Shown: positions 23,198 to 36,569, numbered from the stretch's first letter. The stretch is 64,000 bases of DNA from Lama glama (GCA_028534125.1 CM052816.1:13146001-13210000); one strand, 5' to 3'. Translations and numbers: made by a program. Notes: generated by a model from the sequence alone, not told the origin.

Positions 23198-23769
23198 TGG
23201 AACAACCAGCCTCACCCTTTAGGGACCTCTCCCACCCCTCCTGGAATATCACTCCTTCCCCAGGTGGTCTGGCCCGATGGCAGTCCTTCGTTCCTAGCGA
23301 GGTCATGTTCTGCGACCAGCTCCACCCCTCTCTTTTGGCTCCCTCAGATGAAAGGTTAATTTTTCATTGTCTTTACAACTTCCTTAATCAGTGCCATTTA
23401 CTTCCCAGTCTAAGAAATATACATATTCCTGTGATTCTGTTGATTTCTGGGCTAAAAGATTTAACAAATCTCCAGAGTCACATGCTTCTCAATTCCCAGA
23501 CTTCCTCTTTGCGGAAATGAAATCAAGGAAATTCATCAGGCCAGCTTGTCCAGTCTTAAAGGATGGGCACTGCAGGAGGAAGGGTTGTCATCATAGCTCT
23601 GCTATGGGTGGGCTACGTGAATCCACTGAGGGCCACACGCCATGCTAAATTCTCTCTCTCTCTCTCCATCTATTACCCATCTACCTACTTATCTACCCAT
23701 CTTCTCATTATCCATTCTCATCATCATATGCAGCATGCCTCTTGGCAAGTCCTAAGGATATGTTTCAAA

Positions 23770-23985
23770 GATGGGTTCTAGATCCAGACTTCCTGGGGAT
23801 AAAGCTGGTCCCATTACTTACAAGCTGTGTGACCTTGGACAAAGTGTGTAACCTCCCTGTGCCTAGTTCTCTCATCTGTAAAAGGAGAGACTCATAGTAC
23901 CTACGTCACAAGGTTGTTTGGGAAGTAAATGAGTGTAGCACCTAACACAGTAGCTGGCACATGGCTACTTCAAAGTGTTATTATT
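23770..23985 (+). mobile_element. MIR SINE
   Basis: gctgtgtgaccttggac...aacctccctgtgcctagttctctcatctgtaaaagg. Confidence 0.85.
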
Positions 23986-24080
23986 GCTTTTCCATTTAGT
24001 AGATGTCAAACTCTGGTTTGGAAAGGCTGAATAACTTGCCCAAGGTCACACGGGCCGTGAGTTGCAGAGCTGGCCCGGTG
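23986..24080 (-). mobile_element. MIR fragment, opposite orientation to the preceding copy
   Basis: ataacttgcccaaggtcacac...gcagagctgg. Confidence 0.7.
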
Positions 24081-25590
24081 CTCCAGCTGCGGTGCCGTGC
24101 TGCCTCTGGTTAGACACAAGCCATGTGTTCGTTACTCGTCGGGCATGGCTGGGCATTGGGGGCCCCTGAAAAGAGACACAAACCCCCTTCGACCATCAAG
24201 AGCTTGGCTGAAACTGGAACAAGTGCATGAAGGCATAGGGATGAGGACACTTACTGCAACACGATTTGTGATGCCATCAAACCAGGATACTTTTTCATTT
24301 TTTCAGTTAAGAAGACTTAGAATATAAAAAGGCTGGTAAATTTAGGACAAACTAAATAAATACATGTTTCTCTATATGATCTTTTGAGCACAAACCTTCG
24401 TGGAAAATGTCAAAATGACTTTTTAAACACTGTTGGGGAACAGGCTGTGGGAAACAGCAGGGACTAGAGGACAGAGAACTGGGGCTTGTGTGTCCCCTCC
24501 GTCTCATTCTCTTCCTCTGTCTCGATGGCTCTCCAACTCAAAGTACCAAAGCACCACTCAGATCAGCGTCCCCCAGGGCGAGGAATTCAACTCCAACTCC
24601 TGAAGGAAAGAGAGCTCCTCTCTCCTAGGTTCAGGCTGAGAAGCCCCAGGGCTGGCATCTGGTCCAGCCTGGGAAGGGTCGGGTGAGAACAGTGCAGCTG
24701 GGGACCCCACATAAGACAATGCTGCGCTCAGTCTCTCGCCCCAGTTCACATCTGCACGTGGAAAACAAATACCTGGATAGTCAGGCAAAGTTTTCAGCCT
24801 TTTTTTTTTTTTAATTAAAAAAAATTGTTGCACTGTTTAACACAGCTCCCCGTGCACTTCCCTTTGCATGTGTGGACACCACTCTTTTTAACTCTGTATT
24901 AAAAAATAGAATTGGCAATGGCTTTTGCTCCCACTCAAGCTTGCCAAAAAGGCTGGAAGTGAGCATGCGTCTTCCTGCCGCTCTTGGCTGGGTTCCCTCT
25001 TAGGAGTTGGTGGAGACAGAATCCTTGTCTTCCCTAACTTTCCCTTGAACGGTAAGTGGACTAAAGGGTGGGATCCCAGAGAAGGACCCCCACCTTTCAT
25101 AATCAAGGAGGTGATGATAGAGAAATTCCAGGTGCTGGCTGGCAACAAAATCTTGAAACTTCTGATTAAGTTCCCAGTCTGTGTTTAATTCTTAATCATC
25201 GCTCTTGGCATACTTCCTGTTGCTACTGTTTGTGTGGAATTGGACGGGATTAATTGCCTCACTCTGTATTTTCTATAAAGCTCTGCTCAGGGACTCCCTG
25301 CATGATCATCCTGACCTCATGGGCTGTTTTATTTCCTTCCAAGAAGTCTCTTCTATCTTCCCCTTACATTCTCACATTTTCTTAGTCCCAAGTGACAGTC
25401 AGCAATATGGGAGATACTTAAATGTTTCCCGCAGAGAAACAAGATGTTAGCTGAGTTCCATACCCATCTCTCTGATTGGGTTTAATTATCAATGGGGTCT
25501 GTTGCCACAAACAAGGGTCTTTATGGAAATAACCTTAACTATTTTGTTTTTCCTAAAGACTATTCTAGAGATGAAAAACAGTCATTATTC

Positions 25591-25807
25591 GAAAGAGAGA
25601 GAGAGAGGGAGGGAGGGATGGAGGAAGGAAGGAAAGGAAGGAAGGAAGGAAGGAAAGGAAGGAAGGAAGAAGGAAAGGAAGGAAGGAAGAAAAAAGAAAG
25701 AAAGAAAGAAAGAAAAGGAAGGAAGGAAGGAAGAAAAGGAAGGAAGGAAGAAAGAGAAAGAAAGTTGAAAGGAAAGGAGAAAGAAAACAAAAGGAAACGA
25801 AAGAAAA
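25591..25807. repeat. Compound (GA)n/(GGAA)n/(GAAA)n polypurine microsatellite
   Basis: About 215 bp with only a few pyrimidines on the + strand. Confidence 0.97.
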
Positions 25808-26919
25808 TGTCTGGTTGTGAAAGCTAATTAAAATTGAAACCTGAGGGCTCTTGTGATCTAAAACATGTCATTCAAATGTTGGCTTTCTCAGAAGAAAAGG
25901 TTCATCGCACTCTTCAGGAATGAAAGTACAAGATCCACCCAAGCTATTGCATAAATTTTTGGTTTATGCTCAGTGCTAATCTCGTGCACATGCAGAGAAG
26001 GCCAGCCCCTGAGTGCTGTCCCCTTGTTGTCAGAAAGGGCCTGAAATCTCTCTCCCTCTAATGCTTCAATTCTGCCTTTTGTGAAAACTGCCTTAAAGCC
26101 CCTAATAACCACAGGAGGAAAAATATAATCAATCCCTAAAAACTTGGAATTTGTTGGCTAAATCTCTCCCTACCTTGGAATTAAGAGTGTTTCATCCCAT
26201 TGCCTTCTTTTTGTAGCTAAAACTACATGTAGACACATAGGCAGAATGAGTGTCTATTAGGAAAGAATATTTTCATGTCTTCCTCCTTCAGAAGAGATGT
26301 GGTAGCACACAGTTGCTTCAAGGGAGAAAGGAAGAAAAATGTTAGGTTGAATGTGGATAGTCAGAAGCAGGAGACAGAAATACAGGCATGGAGTACCTAG
26401 ACTGCAGGGGTATCTGGCCAGAGTGATGCTCACCAGGACTGAGTCAGGTAAGGTGTGATCATGGTATAAGAGAGGTACACTGATTTCTGCAGGAGGCATT
26501 TTCCATTCCCATCTCTGACTACATATGCATGCCAGCTCTATAAGATTAACATAATCCTGAAATAATATTTGGCCTTTGAGTCTGAATTCATATTCATTGC
26601 AGTGAATTCCGCATGATCAGAGCCAGTTCCTAATCCTAAAAGCATTCCAAAGAGATCACATAAATAGTCCAGCTTCAGTCAGGTATCTGTCTCTGAGCCA
26701 AACAGCTAGGACCAAGAATGCAAGTATGGGTGCTTGGGGGCCCATCCGAGCAGACTGAAGAGATGTTCTCAGAGGAAAGAAGGATTAAAGGAATTCTATG
26801 ACTTGTATGACCTCAGGGAAAGTAATTGCACCTCTATGACCCTCTGCTTATCAGTAAAATAGATTGTACCTCCTACTGTAAGAATCACTGCTCTGTAAAC
26901 CTTAAACTGCTAGTGAGGG

Positions 26920-27125
26920 ATGTTGGGACCTGCATGGACAGTGAGTTTAAGATGAATCCCAAGATTTATGAGGTTGCCAAGAAAGCAAGCTTGACCTTGG
27001 GTCATAATAATACAAAAATATACATTAAAATGAGAGTGGTGACAACTATCTTCTATTGGATAAAAATCTAATCCCCCTGGAGAAGAGGTACTTCACTAAA
27101 AGAGATATTGGTAAACTGAAATAGG
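26920..27125 (+). mobile_element. L3/CR1 LINE fragment (5' part)
   Basis: gaggttgccaagaaagcaagcttgaccttgggtcataataat...gagtggtgac...agagatattggtaaactg resembles L3 sense sequence. Confidence 0.6.
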
Positions 27126-27167
27126 ATATCGTGGAATTTAGTAATACTTCTTTATAGCATACCTTCA

Positions 27168-27633
27168 TATCAGTTAGAAAGGCTTAAAAACAAAACCCTC
27201 CAATCTACAGGGTCTTAAACAGTCAGAAATGTATTTATTTATTTTTACATGTCAAAGCGTCTAGAGACAGGTCATTTGTGGCACTGGGTCATTGGCCCAG
27301 AGATGTTAAGGCTGGCTTCCCTGTGATTCACTCGACCTTTCCTCATGGTTGCAAGATGTCTGTCAGAGCTCCAGACATCTCATCCATGTTCAAAGCAGGA
27401 AAAGGAGGCGAAGAAGGACCACTAGCTTGAGCTGACCATATTATCAGAAAAGCAAAAGCTTTCTTTGAGAGGACACTAAGAAGACGTTGGCTTATATCTC
27501 ACTCATTAGAATTGTGTCTCATGGTCACCTTTAATTAATGCCAGAGAGGCTGGGAAGGTATTGGGTAGAAGGTGGCAAGGAAGAATGAGATCTTTAATAG
27601 CTGTATTTCAGCCAAACACCACTATCTGCCACA
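27168..27633 (-). mobile_element. MaLR LTR (MLT1J-like)
   Basis: cctcatggttgcaagatg...gctccagacatc...ttatatctca...agaattgtgtctcatggtcacc...gaggctgggaag...tctgccaca. Confidence 0.8.
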
Positions 27634-27799
27634 GTTGCCATTATCTCCCTCTTTTTTTCTTGGGGGGAGGGGGGGGAGAGAAATATTTCAGATACATATG
27701 AAAGAGAGAATCTGATTGGTCTAGCTTAGACGGGCATCTACCCTGACCCAATGTGCTCTGGCTAAGGTAGAAACATAGCTGCAAAAGTTTCATTACTGT

Positions 27800-28600
27800 A
27801 AAAAGTGTTTGTAACGTGCACCCAAGCGAGCATACCCAGCTAAAAGAAAAACAGAAACATCACAAATCCAATTGAAGCCTCCTCCATACATTTCAGTTTC
27901 ATTTCCTTACCCTGACCTCATAACTAACCACTGTCCTGAATTCAGAATCTACTATTCCCACACATATTTCCACTTTATATGGTTATTTACATAATCTTGC
28001 TTGGGGTTTTAAAATATGTGCCAATACTCTAACCTAGCCCTCTTTGACATGGTTTTTTAAACTAATTATGATTTTTGAGAATTATTCTTATTTATACATG
28101 TGATCTAGCTCATTCAATTTCACAGCGATGAAGTGAAAAGTATTACTTTGGTGACTATAGCACAGCTTGCCCAGCCTTTCATGGATAGATGTTTAGATTA
28201 TTCATAATTCTTTGCTGCTATAAGAATGCTGCACTGCATTTCTAGTACACGCCTCTTTCTGCATACATGGAATTATTTGTCTAAGGTATACCAGAGATGC
28301 AACTGCTGTGTCAAAGTTTCTGTACTTTTAATCATGTAAAATACTTCCGAATGAGTCTCCAAACTGGTCCATCAATTAGCCATCCAGCACAGGCTATTAC
28401 AGTTCTAACCGTTCCACATTCTCACCAACTCTTGGTATTAGCAGACTTCTCGGGTTATTCCAGTCTCAAGAGTATGAAATGGTATGTTGTCATTTTAATT
28501 TCCCTGACTACTAGTGAGGTTGAGCATTATGTCAGATGTTTAATTGGCCATTTGGCTCTCTTCTTCCTTCAGTTTCTTGTTAATATCATTTTCCCACGCA
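27800..28600 (-). mobile_element. Ancient L1 (L1ME-like) 3' region
   Basis: taaccactgtcctgaatt; ttccacattctcaccaactcttggtatt; tttccctgactactagtgaggttgagcat. Confidence 0.8.
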
Positions 28601-28929
28601 TTTGTTACCTTCTCCTCATCATTCGTATTTCTCTACGTCTGACTCCCCCAACCAGACCATGAGTATCTCTAGTTGAGTCCTGGTTTCCACCATTCATTCA
28701 GTTAGTATCTTCTGAACGCCTAATGTGTGCCAACCACTGTGGATGCATTGCAGATACAGCTCCTTGCCCTGGAGATATTCTTACGTCTTTACAGTTCTTT
28801 AAGTGTATCTGGCACAGAGAGGTCTGTTGAATGAATGAACAACCAGTAAACACAATTCTGAGGAATCTGAGCGTTGTCCTCTTCAGTCTTCGTGTGGACA
28901 AGTCCTCAAATTTACTCTGTATCGCTTTA

Positions 28930-29130
28930 AATTGAAGAGTCAGTACAGACAGGTGAAAGCTACATGGAAAGACTCAGGCTCAAACGTAACAAAAAACTTT
29001 CTAATGATCAGATGTGCTCAAAGACAGAGTAGTGAATACCCCATCACTGGAGGCATTCAAGTACAGCCTGATTAACTACAGAGCAAGCCCACTGTATAAG
29101 GAATAGAGCGTTAGATGAGGAGTTGGACAA
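28930..29130 (+). mobile_element. L3/CR1 LINE 3' end
   Basis: aaaactttctaatgatcaga...gtagtgaataccccatcactggaggcattcaagtacagcctg. Confidence 0.75.
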
Positions 29131-29769
29131 ATAAGTTCTCTCTCTGTTCCCTGGAATTTAATAAAATGCAATGTATCATTTTAGTAAACTCTAGATCCCA
29201 CTTTTTAAAAAATCCCTCATAGTTATGTGTAAAATTCATATCTACCGTCTGATGATTGCCTATGAAAATGCCTGCAATTGCTTACCAACTGCCATCAGTT
29301 TGACCTCTTCTCACGCCTATGGTTAGTTTCGTAAATCATTTCCCTTATCGCCTTTTCAATTTACATAACCCCTCACATTATGACAGAATGGATTCAACCT
29401 TTCATTTCATGCAGATGACCTCATGTGTTACACCACAACGCTTGAAAAAAAGATGAAGAAATATTTGCTTCCTGTCCGGGCACTACTCTATAAGGAGCAG
29501 AATTACTGTTCTGAATCTACTCTTTCTATTACCATACATGCACTTGAAAACTCAGTCGCATGAAGTTTGGAATCAGTTGCTCTCCCGGTTTCAAAAACAC
29601 ACATTCTCCTAGAGTCACAGATTTAAAAGCAGGAAAAAAACCCATAAAATTCTTTTTGTTTACTCAAGTCAGGCATCTGGTATCAGGCAGCACTAAAGAA
29701 TCAAAGAGCACTCCTCTTTTACCCTCTGAATATCTACCTTGTTTGCACATCATAGATTGCTTTATGGCT

Positions 29770-30300
29770 GCTTAAGTGTTCAGTAAACACGTTCTGAGTG
29801 CCTGCTGGGAAAGTGACAGTGTGCTGGAGCCGGGACCCAGCGTGGTGTGGAAGAGACGAGTCTCTAGTCTCCAGGATCTCACAATCTTCGTGGAGAGAGA
29901 GGTCACACGTGCACGGAGAACAAAGATGGCAGGAGACGGCATCAATGTGTGTCTGTAACAAGAGGGCCCAGGATGACCCCCGGAGCTCTGGCTTGTGTAC
30001 CCAGATGGATGGAAGTGCTGTTCAGTGAGAGACGGAACCCTGGGAGGGTCAAGGCTGACAGCAGAGGAAGTGGGGAGCAGGGGGGAAGACCATGAATTTG
30101 TCCTGGCTGTACTGGGGGTGAGATATGATTGAGAGTCTGAGAGTTGGTGATAAGAGTTTAGAGCTCAGAGGAAGTATCTAGGATGGAGATATGAGCTTGT
30201 GAGTCATCTGCACACAGGTGAGAAATGAGAAGAGAGAGCCTGGGGCCATGGCTGGGTAAACGCTGGATAGGAAAGGATGGATTCACAAAGGAGGCAGGAG
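29770..30300 (-). mobile_element. L2 fragments
   Basis: ttcagtaaacacgttctgagtgcctgc; ggatgaccccc...tggatggaagtgctgttcagtgag; ggatggagatatgagcttgtgagtcatc. Confidence 0.7.
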
Positions 30301-31459
30301 TGGGGTGAGGATCACAGAGAGAAGGGGACCAGAGAGGTCAATGGAGTTGAGTGCTGCCAAGACGTCAAGTACACGAGGGCACGGAGGGAGCTGGAAAAGA
30401 GATGATGAATCAGGGCTTGTGCTGCTCCCGAGGTCCGGGATGGGGACGGTGCCCAGAGGTGGGGAGGAGGAAGACAGGCGTTCTGGGCAGGGGGAACAGC
30501 ACCACCTCAAAACCACACAGCAGAGGAGGCCTGGGGTGCAATGTGTGTCAGAGTGAATCTTCCTGTGTTGTCACCTTCCAGAAGGGGACCCTGGAGAGGA
30601 CACCTGGGCCAGAAGCGCCTTGTATGTCTGCCAAAGAATTTGGATTTTCCTCTTTAACCAAAAGAATCACCCTTGGTGCCGGAGCCCAGACAAGACTCTG
30701 TGGAGCCATGATGGATGCGTGGCAATTACGGGAGATGTGATCTTTCCTAGTAACTGGGTGGGCGCACATGTCACAAACACAAATTCAAGCTGAGATGCAG
30801 CAACGAAGGACAGAAACAGTGTTTTGAGTGGACGGATTGGTTGCACCATCCTGTGATCTCAGAGAAGGGAGACTCTCCACTCTCCAAAGGAGCCCTGTTC
30901 AGAGGTGTTATTATCATAGAATCGCCATTGCCTGGCCTTCCCAGGGCAAGAATAGGAAACCAGAACTCCAGGCAGAAAGTAGGAAAGCAGTAACTTTGCT
31001 CCTCTAATAATTTCTGACTTGGTGAGTGACATTAGGACAGACTGAATCCGGTCCGAGTTTCCCGCCACAGAGCTTTCATCTCCTCTGCCTCCATGACCCT
31101 GGTTAATTTGACTCTATGAGGTCTCTGCTTGCTCCGGTGAACTCAAGCCCTCAGGGCAGTTGGGAGCAGGGATTCACATCTGTGTGTCTTAGAAGCAAAA
31201 TGCTCTGGCCCTGACCCCTCTCCCTCCTACCTCCTGTCTCTAGCAGGGAAATAAGAGGAGGGAAGCAAGATAAAGGGGTTTGGAATCCTTTCTGGGATTT
31301 TGCAGGTTGCGGGGTGGGTGCTGGAGAAGTCATCAGAGTTGGTGGCAGGAAGAGAAAGGCAAGAAGAAGGGCAGCGGTGAAACGAAGTGAAGTCCTCTCT
31401 GTGTGCCTGCCTCTTCTCCCCCGGCGCAAGTGACAGTAATGACAACACTATTCCTTCCT

Positions 31460-31600
31460 TCCTGGACTCACTGAGACCTCACCCCGTGCTCAGCACTGAC
31501 CTGGGCACCAAGGATTCCCCAGTGAGCAGCACCGACACTGCCCCCATCCTCACAGAATTTACAGTCTGGAGGAAGAGACAGATTCAAGCGGGCACATCGA
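31460..31600 (-). mobile_element. L2 3' end fragment
   Basis: ctcactgagacct...cagtgagcagcaccgacactgcccccatcctcacagaatttacagtctgg. Confidence 0.6.
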
Positions 31601-31793
31601 CGGATGCGCCTTTGCAAGTGTGAATGAGTGCAGCGAGGCTGACTGCTAAGAATGAGGAAGAAAGGCCAGACCACCAGGGCAGGTGAGAGAATGAGGCCAG
31701 GGAGGTCCCAGGGCCAGACTTCCCAGCCACCCCCTCCCTGCAATGTTCAGGATGTAGATAGTTATCCTAAAAGCACTGGGCAGACGAGAAGCA

Positions 31794-32248
31794 TTTTTTT
31801 TATTGTTCTTTTGTTTTATAACAAGATGAATTTTTTTTAAGTACAATTACAATGTGTCAATCTCTGGTGCACAGCACAATGTCCCAGTCATGCATATACA
31901 TACATATATTCATTTTCATTTTCTTTTTTCCATTGAGGGTTATTACATGATACTGAATACAGTTCCCTGGGCTATACAAAAGAAATTGGGGGGGGGTCTT
32001 GTCTATTTTTATATATAGTGGTAACATTTGCAAATCTCAAACTCCCAAATTTATCCCTTCCTACCCCCTGCCCCCCCGGTAATCATAAGATTTTTTGTTA
32101 TGTCTGCGAGTCTGTTTCTGTCTTGTGGATGAGTTCATTAGTGTCCTCTTTTCTTCTTTTTTTTAGATTAGACGTATGAGTGATATCATATGATATTTTT
32201 CTTTCTCTTTCTGGCTGACTTGACTTAGAATGACGATCTCTAGGTCCA
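31794..32248 (-). mobile_element. Young 5'-truncated L1 3'UTR (artiodactyl-type)
   Basis: T-rich tail, ttacaatgtgtcaatctctggtgcacagcac...atactgaatacagttccctg...gagtctgtttctg. Confidence 0.9.
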
Positions 32249-32584
32249 TTTTTAAGCAGGGGGTGGGAGGAGAGATCAGACTTACAGCTGACCCCTCACC
32301 AGCAACAGCAATAATATGCACGTTACTTCTACCAGCACTGCATGTGTGTTTGGCAGTAATAAGACACTTCCTCCACTTCCTGTTCCCCGGGTTCGTCCCT
32401 GACTCTGGCCCCGTCCTTTTTCCGGGGTCAACAGATCACTTGGCTGCCGCAGAAGAAAAAGGCAGCAGGCAGATGTTCCCCGGGAATAGTGGCCAAGGGA
32501 AAACTGCTCTCAGGCGGCTGGCACACACTTCGAAACGTGGGAGTCATAAGGGCATCTTGGAACTGTTTGGAGCTTAATCTAGCC

Positions 32585-32860
32585 TGCTTAAGAATGCCAT
32601 GCATGCGAGGGAAATGCCCGGGCTGCACTGTGCAGTGGAAAAAGCCAGGGACAAAGCAACAGAGGCAGCCTCCAACGCGCTGGGTGTCTCTGTGTGCTCA
32701 CACATCTGTAGGTATGCGCGAATATTTTTGCAGTGAAAAGAAGCTGAGAAGTCAGCACGCAAAAACCGTTAACAGTCATCAGCTCTGCAGAGTGGCTCGA
32801 TGAAAATACTTTCATTCTTCTTTATGCCGGACTGGGTTTTCCAGATGTTTCGCAGTGGAA
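32585..32860 (+). mobile_element. Ancient L1M 3'-end fragment
   Basis: agtggaaaaagccagg...aaaaccgttaacagt...ttttcattcttctttatg..ttttccagatgttt. Confidence 0.45.
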
Positions 32861-34405
32861 GTCAGTGAGCGAGCAAAGAAACAATTTCTGCTGCCTTCCT
32901 CGAGGCCGTGGCTGGTGCTGGTCCTGCCCGTCCTGGGCTTCATGTCCCCAAACACCCTTGCTCAGCATCATGTCTCCCCCAGGTCATCTGAAGGAGAAGA
33001 CTCAGCCCCTGTGGATGCATTTTCTTTCTGAATAACTACTCTGCTCCTTGGAATGTCAAACTGCAACGTAGAATGAGCAAGGTTAGTGTGGGTCCAAAAC
33101 TACGTGATGACAAAGAGGGCTATTTTATCTCCAGTGATAAGCTCACCACGTGGAGCATGTGGGTGCTCGCAGACACAGCACCCAACATGCACTGGTCACA
33201 GAGGAGGCACTCACAGTTTTGTCAAACTGGATGCCCAAAACCGACTTTTCTACTTCTCCACCCAGAGAATGGGCTCACGTTTCCCTGGTAGAGGAAGAGT
33301 CAAGGAGACATCTGTTTGTATCACGCAAACATCCCTAGACTCTCCTGCCTAAACCCCACCTGGCCAGCAATTCAGCCCAAGAAAACCTCTGAAAAAGCAT
33401 CTGCTAACCAAGAGGGAAGAGCAAAAACTCAAAGAATGAAAACGAAAGTCCCTTAAAATGCCAGAAGCTTAATAGCCATGAGATAGTCCCACCAGACTGT
33501 GAACCACTTGAATATTTGCAGGGAAGACTCGCATTAAGAGTTGTCACCACCTTCTTCAGATTCCTTCACTGTTCTTTTGGCATCTGGTAGAGACTGAATT
33601 CGAGGCAGATTCAATTTATGGCTGGTGGAAAACTCACTCTGATTCTAGGACAAAAAGGTCAGTATTTCATCACTGTTAGGCTGAATGACTTTCCCAAGAT
33701 CGTCCCCATTTTTCAAAAATTGTATGTCAGTTACTCGAGGAGGGGGAACTATAAGTTAAGTTTTTACGAAAATCACATGTTCCAGGATGAAATGTAATCG
33801 AAGCTTTAAGGCTATGTTTGCATCAAAATGAAATTAATTCTGTTCGATTGATCTAGCACTGACTTTTCTAACACTCAAGAGGGAGTTCATTTTCAGGGGC
33901 ATTACCTCATCATTTGTGTGGCTGGTTTGTTTTTCAGTCCCTGTGAGTTTGTGCCAGAAGATGTGCTTTGTCTCATGACCAGAGTTTTGGTGATATGAAT
34001 GTACTTTCGCTGCATTTAATTTATTTGTCTAATTTCTGCTTGGGTGATAGTCATCCATCTTTTCCCCTCTTCTAACTCAGACTTCCTGACAATTTCATGT
34101 AGAAAATTAAAGTAATATCCTTCTGACCCTGAATTGATTTTGCCCAGGTCTTGTTACAGAAATAATAGCAAAGAGAAATTATAGACTCGAAGACCTTGAA
34201 TTTCACAGATTCCTTCTTCGCAGTCTGGCTTGAAGCCATCATATGAAGTCAGAGCTTTTTTTTTCCTCTTTCTCTCTCTCTCTCTCTCCTCTTCATCATC
34301 CGTGTTTAAAGAGTAATCACTTGACTCGTGTCACTGGTTTGTATGACTTTGTTGTTGCTGCCGAAAATAAATCAGTTCAAGGGCTGGTAATTTAATCATC
34401 TGCTT

Positions 34406-34408
34406 ATA

Positions 34409-34439
<31 letters not shown>

Positions 34440-34442
34440 TTT
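34406..34442. repeat. (TA)n followed by poly(T)
   Basis: About 12-13 TA units, then T12. Confidence 0.95.
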
Positions 34443-35549
34443 CCGTTTAAAAATCACGCAGAACCAGAACCATTTTTTCCTCCTAGTTCTGGAAGGCGAT
34501 GTCAAATAGATCTTAGACTCGCGGGTTCTTAAAGTTGAAGGGAACCCTCAAGGTTGTGAAGTCCAACAAAACGGGATGGTGGGGAGGGGCAGCCATCTGG
34601 TTATCATCCAGCCCCAGTCTTCGTATTTGCTTTATTCGGCCTCCTTTATCCAAGTATCTGCCCTTGTTCTTTCTTTTACTTTCTTTGTAGATATCTCTAA
34701 TTTTTTTTCCCTCCTTAGTGTTGAGCAAAGTAACTGTTGCTTCGTAAACTGACCAGAATGAAAACAAGCACATTTGAAAAAGGAAGCCAATACCCACCTC
34801 CACTTCCACCCTCAAAAAAAAATTCATGTTGACAATTTATTTATTTGTTCTCATAGATGAAGTTAGTCAGATGGTGGCCAGGTTTCTACTCTATGCTATA
34901 TAGATGCAGTTTTTAAATTATTTGCATATTCCTCCAATAATATTTTGTTCCTAATGTCTTGCGGCCTCATGGTATAGCGCCAAGGTATCTGTGTTAGGAT
35001 AAAGACTTGTTAGAACCAGATCTTAGTCCTGGCATTGTCTCTCCCCAGCTATCGGCTGATGAAGGTCCTTGAGTTCTGTGGCTCTCAGTGTTCAAAGATG
35101 TAAACTCGACCTCAAAGTCCCTTCCAGTTCTCACATTCTGGAGTCTTTGATCGCTTCTGAATATCTTCTCCAAACACAAGTATTCTGTTCATAATCCCCT
35201 TAGGATATCCCAATTTAAATTATTCTTAAAAGAAAATGAAAGTTGCAGTAAAAGGATGTTTTTTACTTTGATCATGCCTTTTTTCTGTATGGCATCCATA
35301 GGAAATATGTGAGAATACTTACAGGCTCTGGTAATTGTCAATTTAAAGACATTCCCACTTGGGAGGGGGCATTTCCTGTTGCCCTAGGATGTGCTCTGTA
35401 GGAGCCAGCCTGAAAGTGGGCTTTTTCTTGTCTCCTCCCAACTCAGAGCCCTCCCAGCACAAGGGGCGCTTGGCCACTGAAGAGAGAGAAGTGTGTCTGA
35501 ATTCATTCCCTCAGCATCCCCCGCGGGACCGAGATAAAATCAAGACTCA

Positions 35550-35815
35550 AACTGTCCAATAGAGGAGCTGCTGTCCCTCTGGGGCTCTGGACCCCTTGAA
35601 ACATATGAATTAAGATGTGTTAATTAGTATAAACATGCACACCAGGAAGACTTATCTGAAAATATGAATGTAAAACATCTCATGGATCATTTTTCATGTT
35701 GATTCCATGTTGAAATGACAATATTTTGGATATACCTGGTTAGATAAAATATATAAATAAAACGAATGTCCCCTGTCCCTTTTTACCTTTTTAATGTAGA
35801 TAGTAGAGCAGCTCA
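35550..35815 (+). mobile_element. MER33 (hAT-Charlie) element
   Basis: ctgtccaata start; gaattaagatgtg...gaatgtaaaacatctca...catgttgaaatgacaatattttggatata...tttttaatgt. Confidence 0.8.
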
Positions 35816-36569
35816 CGTTCAGAGAAAAGAGATGCACAGGTTTCTGCTACTCCTGGTTGGGAATGGCTGCCTGGCTCACTCCATGGGGCGCATCTGGACT
35901 CCCTGAGAAAGAGGGCTGGGATCAGTTAGAAACCCCCCCCCTCCACGGGTGAAGGGCCAGGAAGAGGGTGGGAAGCCCATTCTGGGTGCAACTCAGATGA
36001 GCACATTTCTTCACCCTAGGCAGAGAGCAGAGGCCCAGTACCCCCCAAAGGAGAAAATGGTTCTCAAAGCCAAGTTACATAATCTCTGATGTTTTTAAAG
36101 TGTTTTGCAAAAAGTTCGACAAATTCACACTGATTTCAGCACCAGGAAAGCTGCCAGTTTGGCAGTCCCATACTGAATTTTGCCTCTGATCTGAGGTACA
36201 AAGTTGCTGGGCTGTGTACATTTTCCTTCCTGCTCTGGCACTTCTGGCCTGCTTGGAAGGGTTACAGTCAAGAAGGTGGAAGCACAGCAATGAGATGCAT
36301 GATGATGTAGGAGAAAGTTTGTACAAGTGCAAACAAAACAGAACCCAAACAGCCTGATGCTAATGCAAAGAGGAAAGAAACAAATCAGTTGACTTTTGAA
36401 CACTTCCTCCTCTCTAAGAGGTCTTTAACACAACTTGCAAAACCCTTCGATCAGATGTGTGCTGTAAGACCCTCTTTACTTCTACTGTCAGGAGCTACAT
36501 CTTACCCCTGATGGATTCCTCCCTGGCTACCCTCCTGATTAATCTCCCCAGCACACTCTGTGCTGAGCC

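Noticed and set aside
25492..25827. K/E/R/G-rich ORFs (also 20835-21242 and 59094-59309)
   Set aside because: They are translations of purine-rich simple repeats.
30283..30849. Cluster of overlapping GC-rich ORFs
   Set aside because: There is no recognisable domain or splice structure, and the region overlaps degenerate antisense L2-like sequence.
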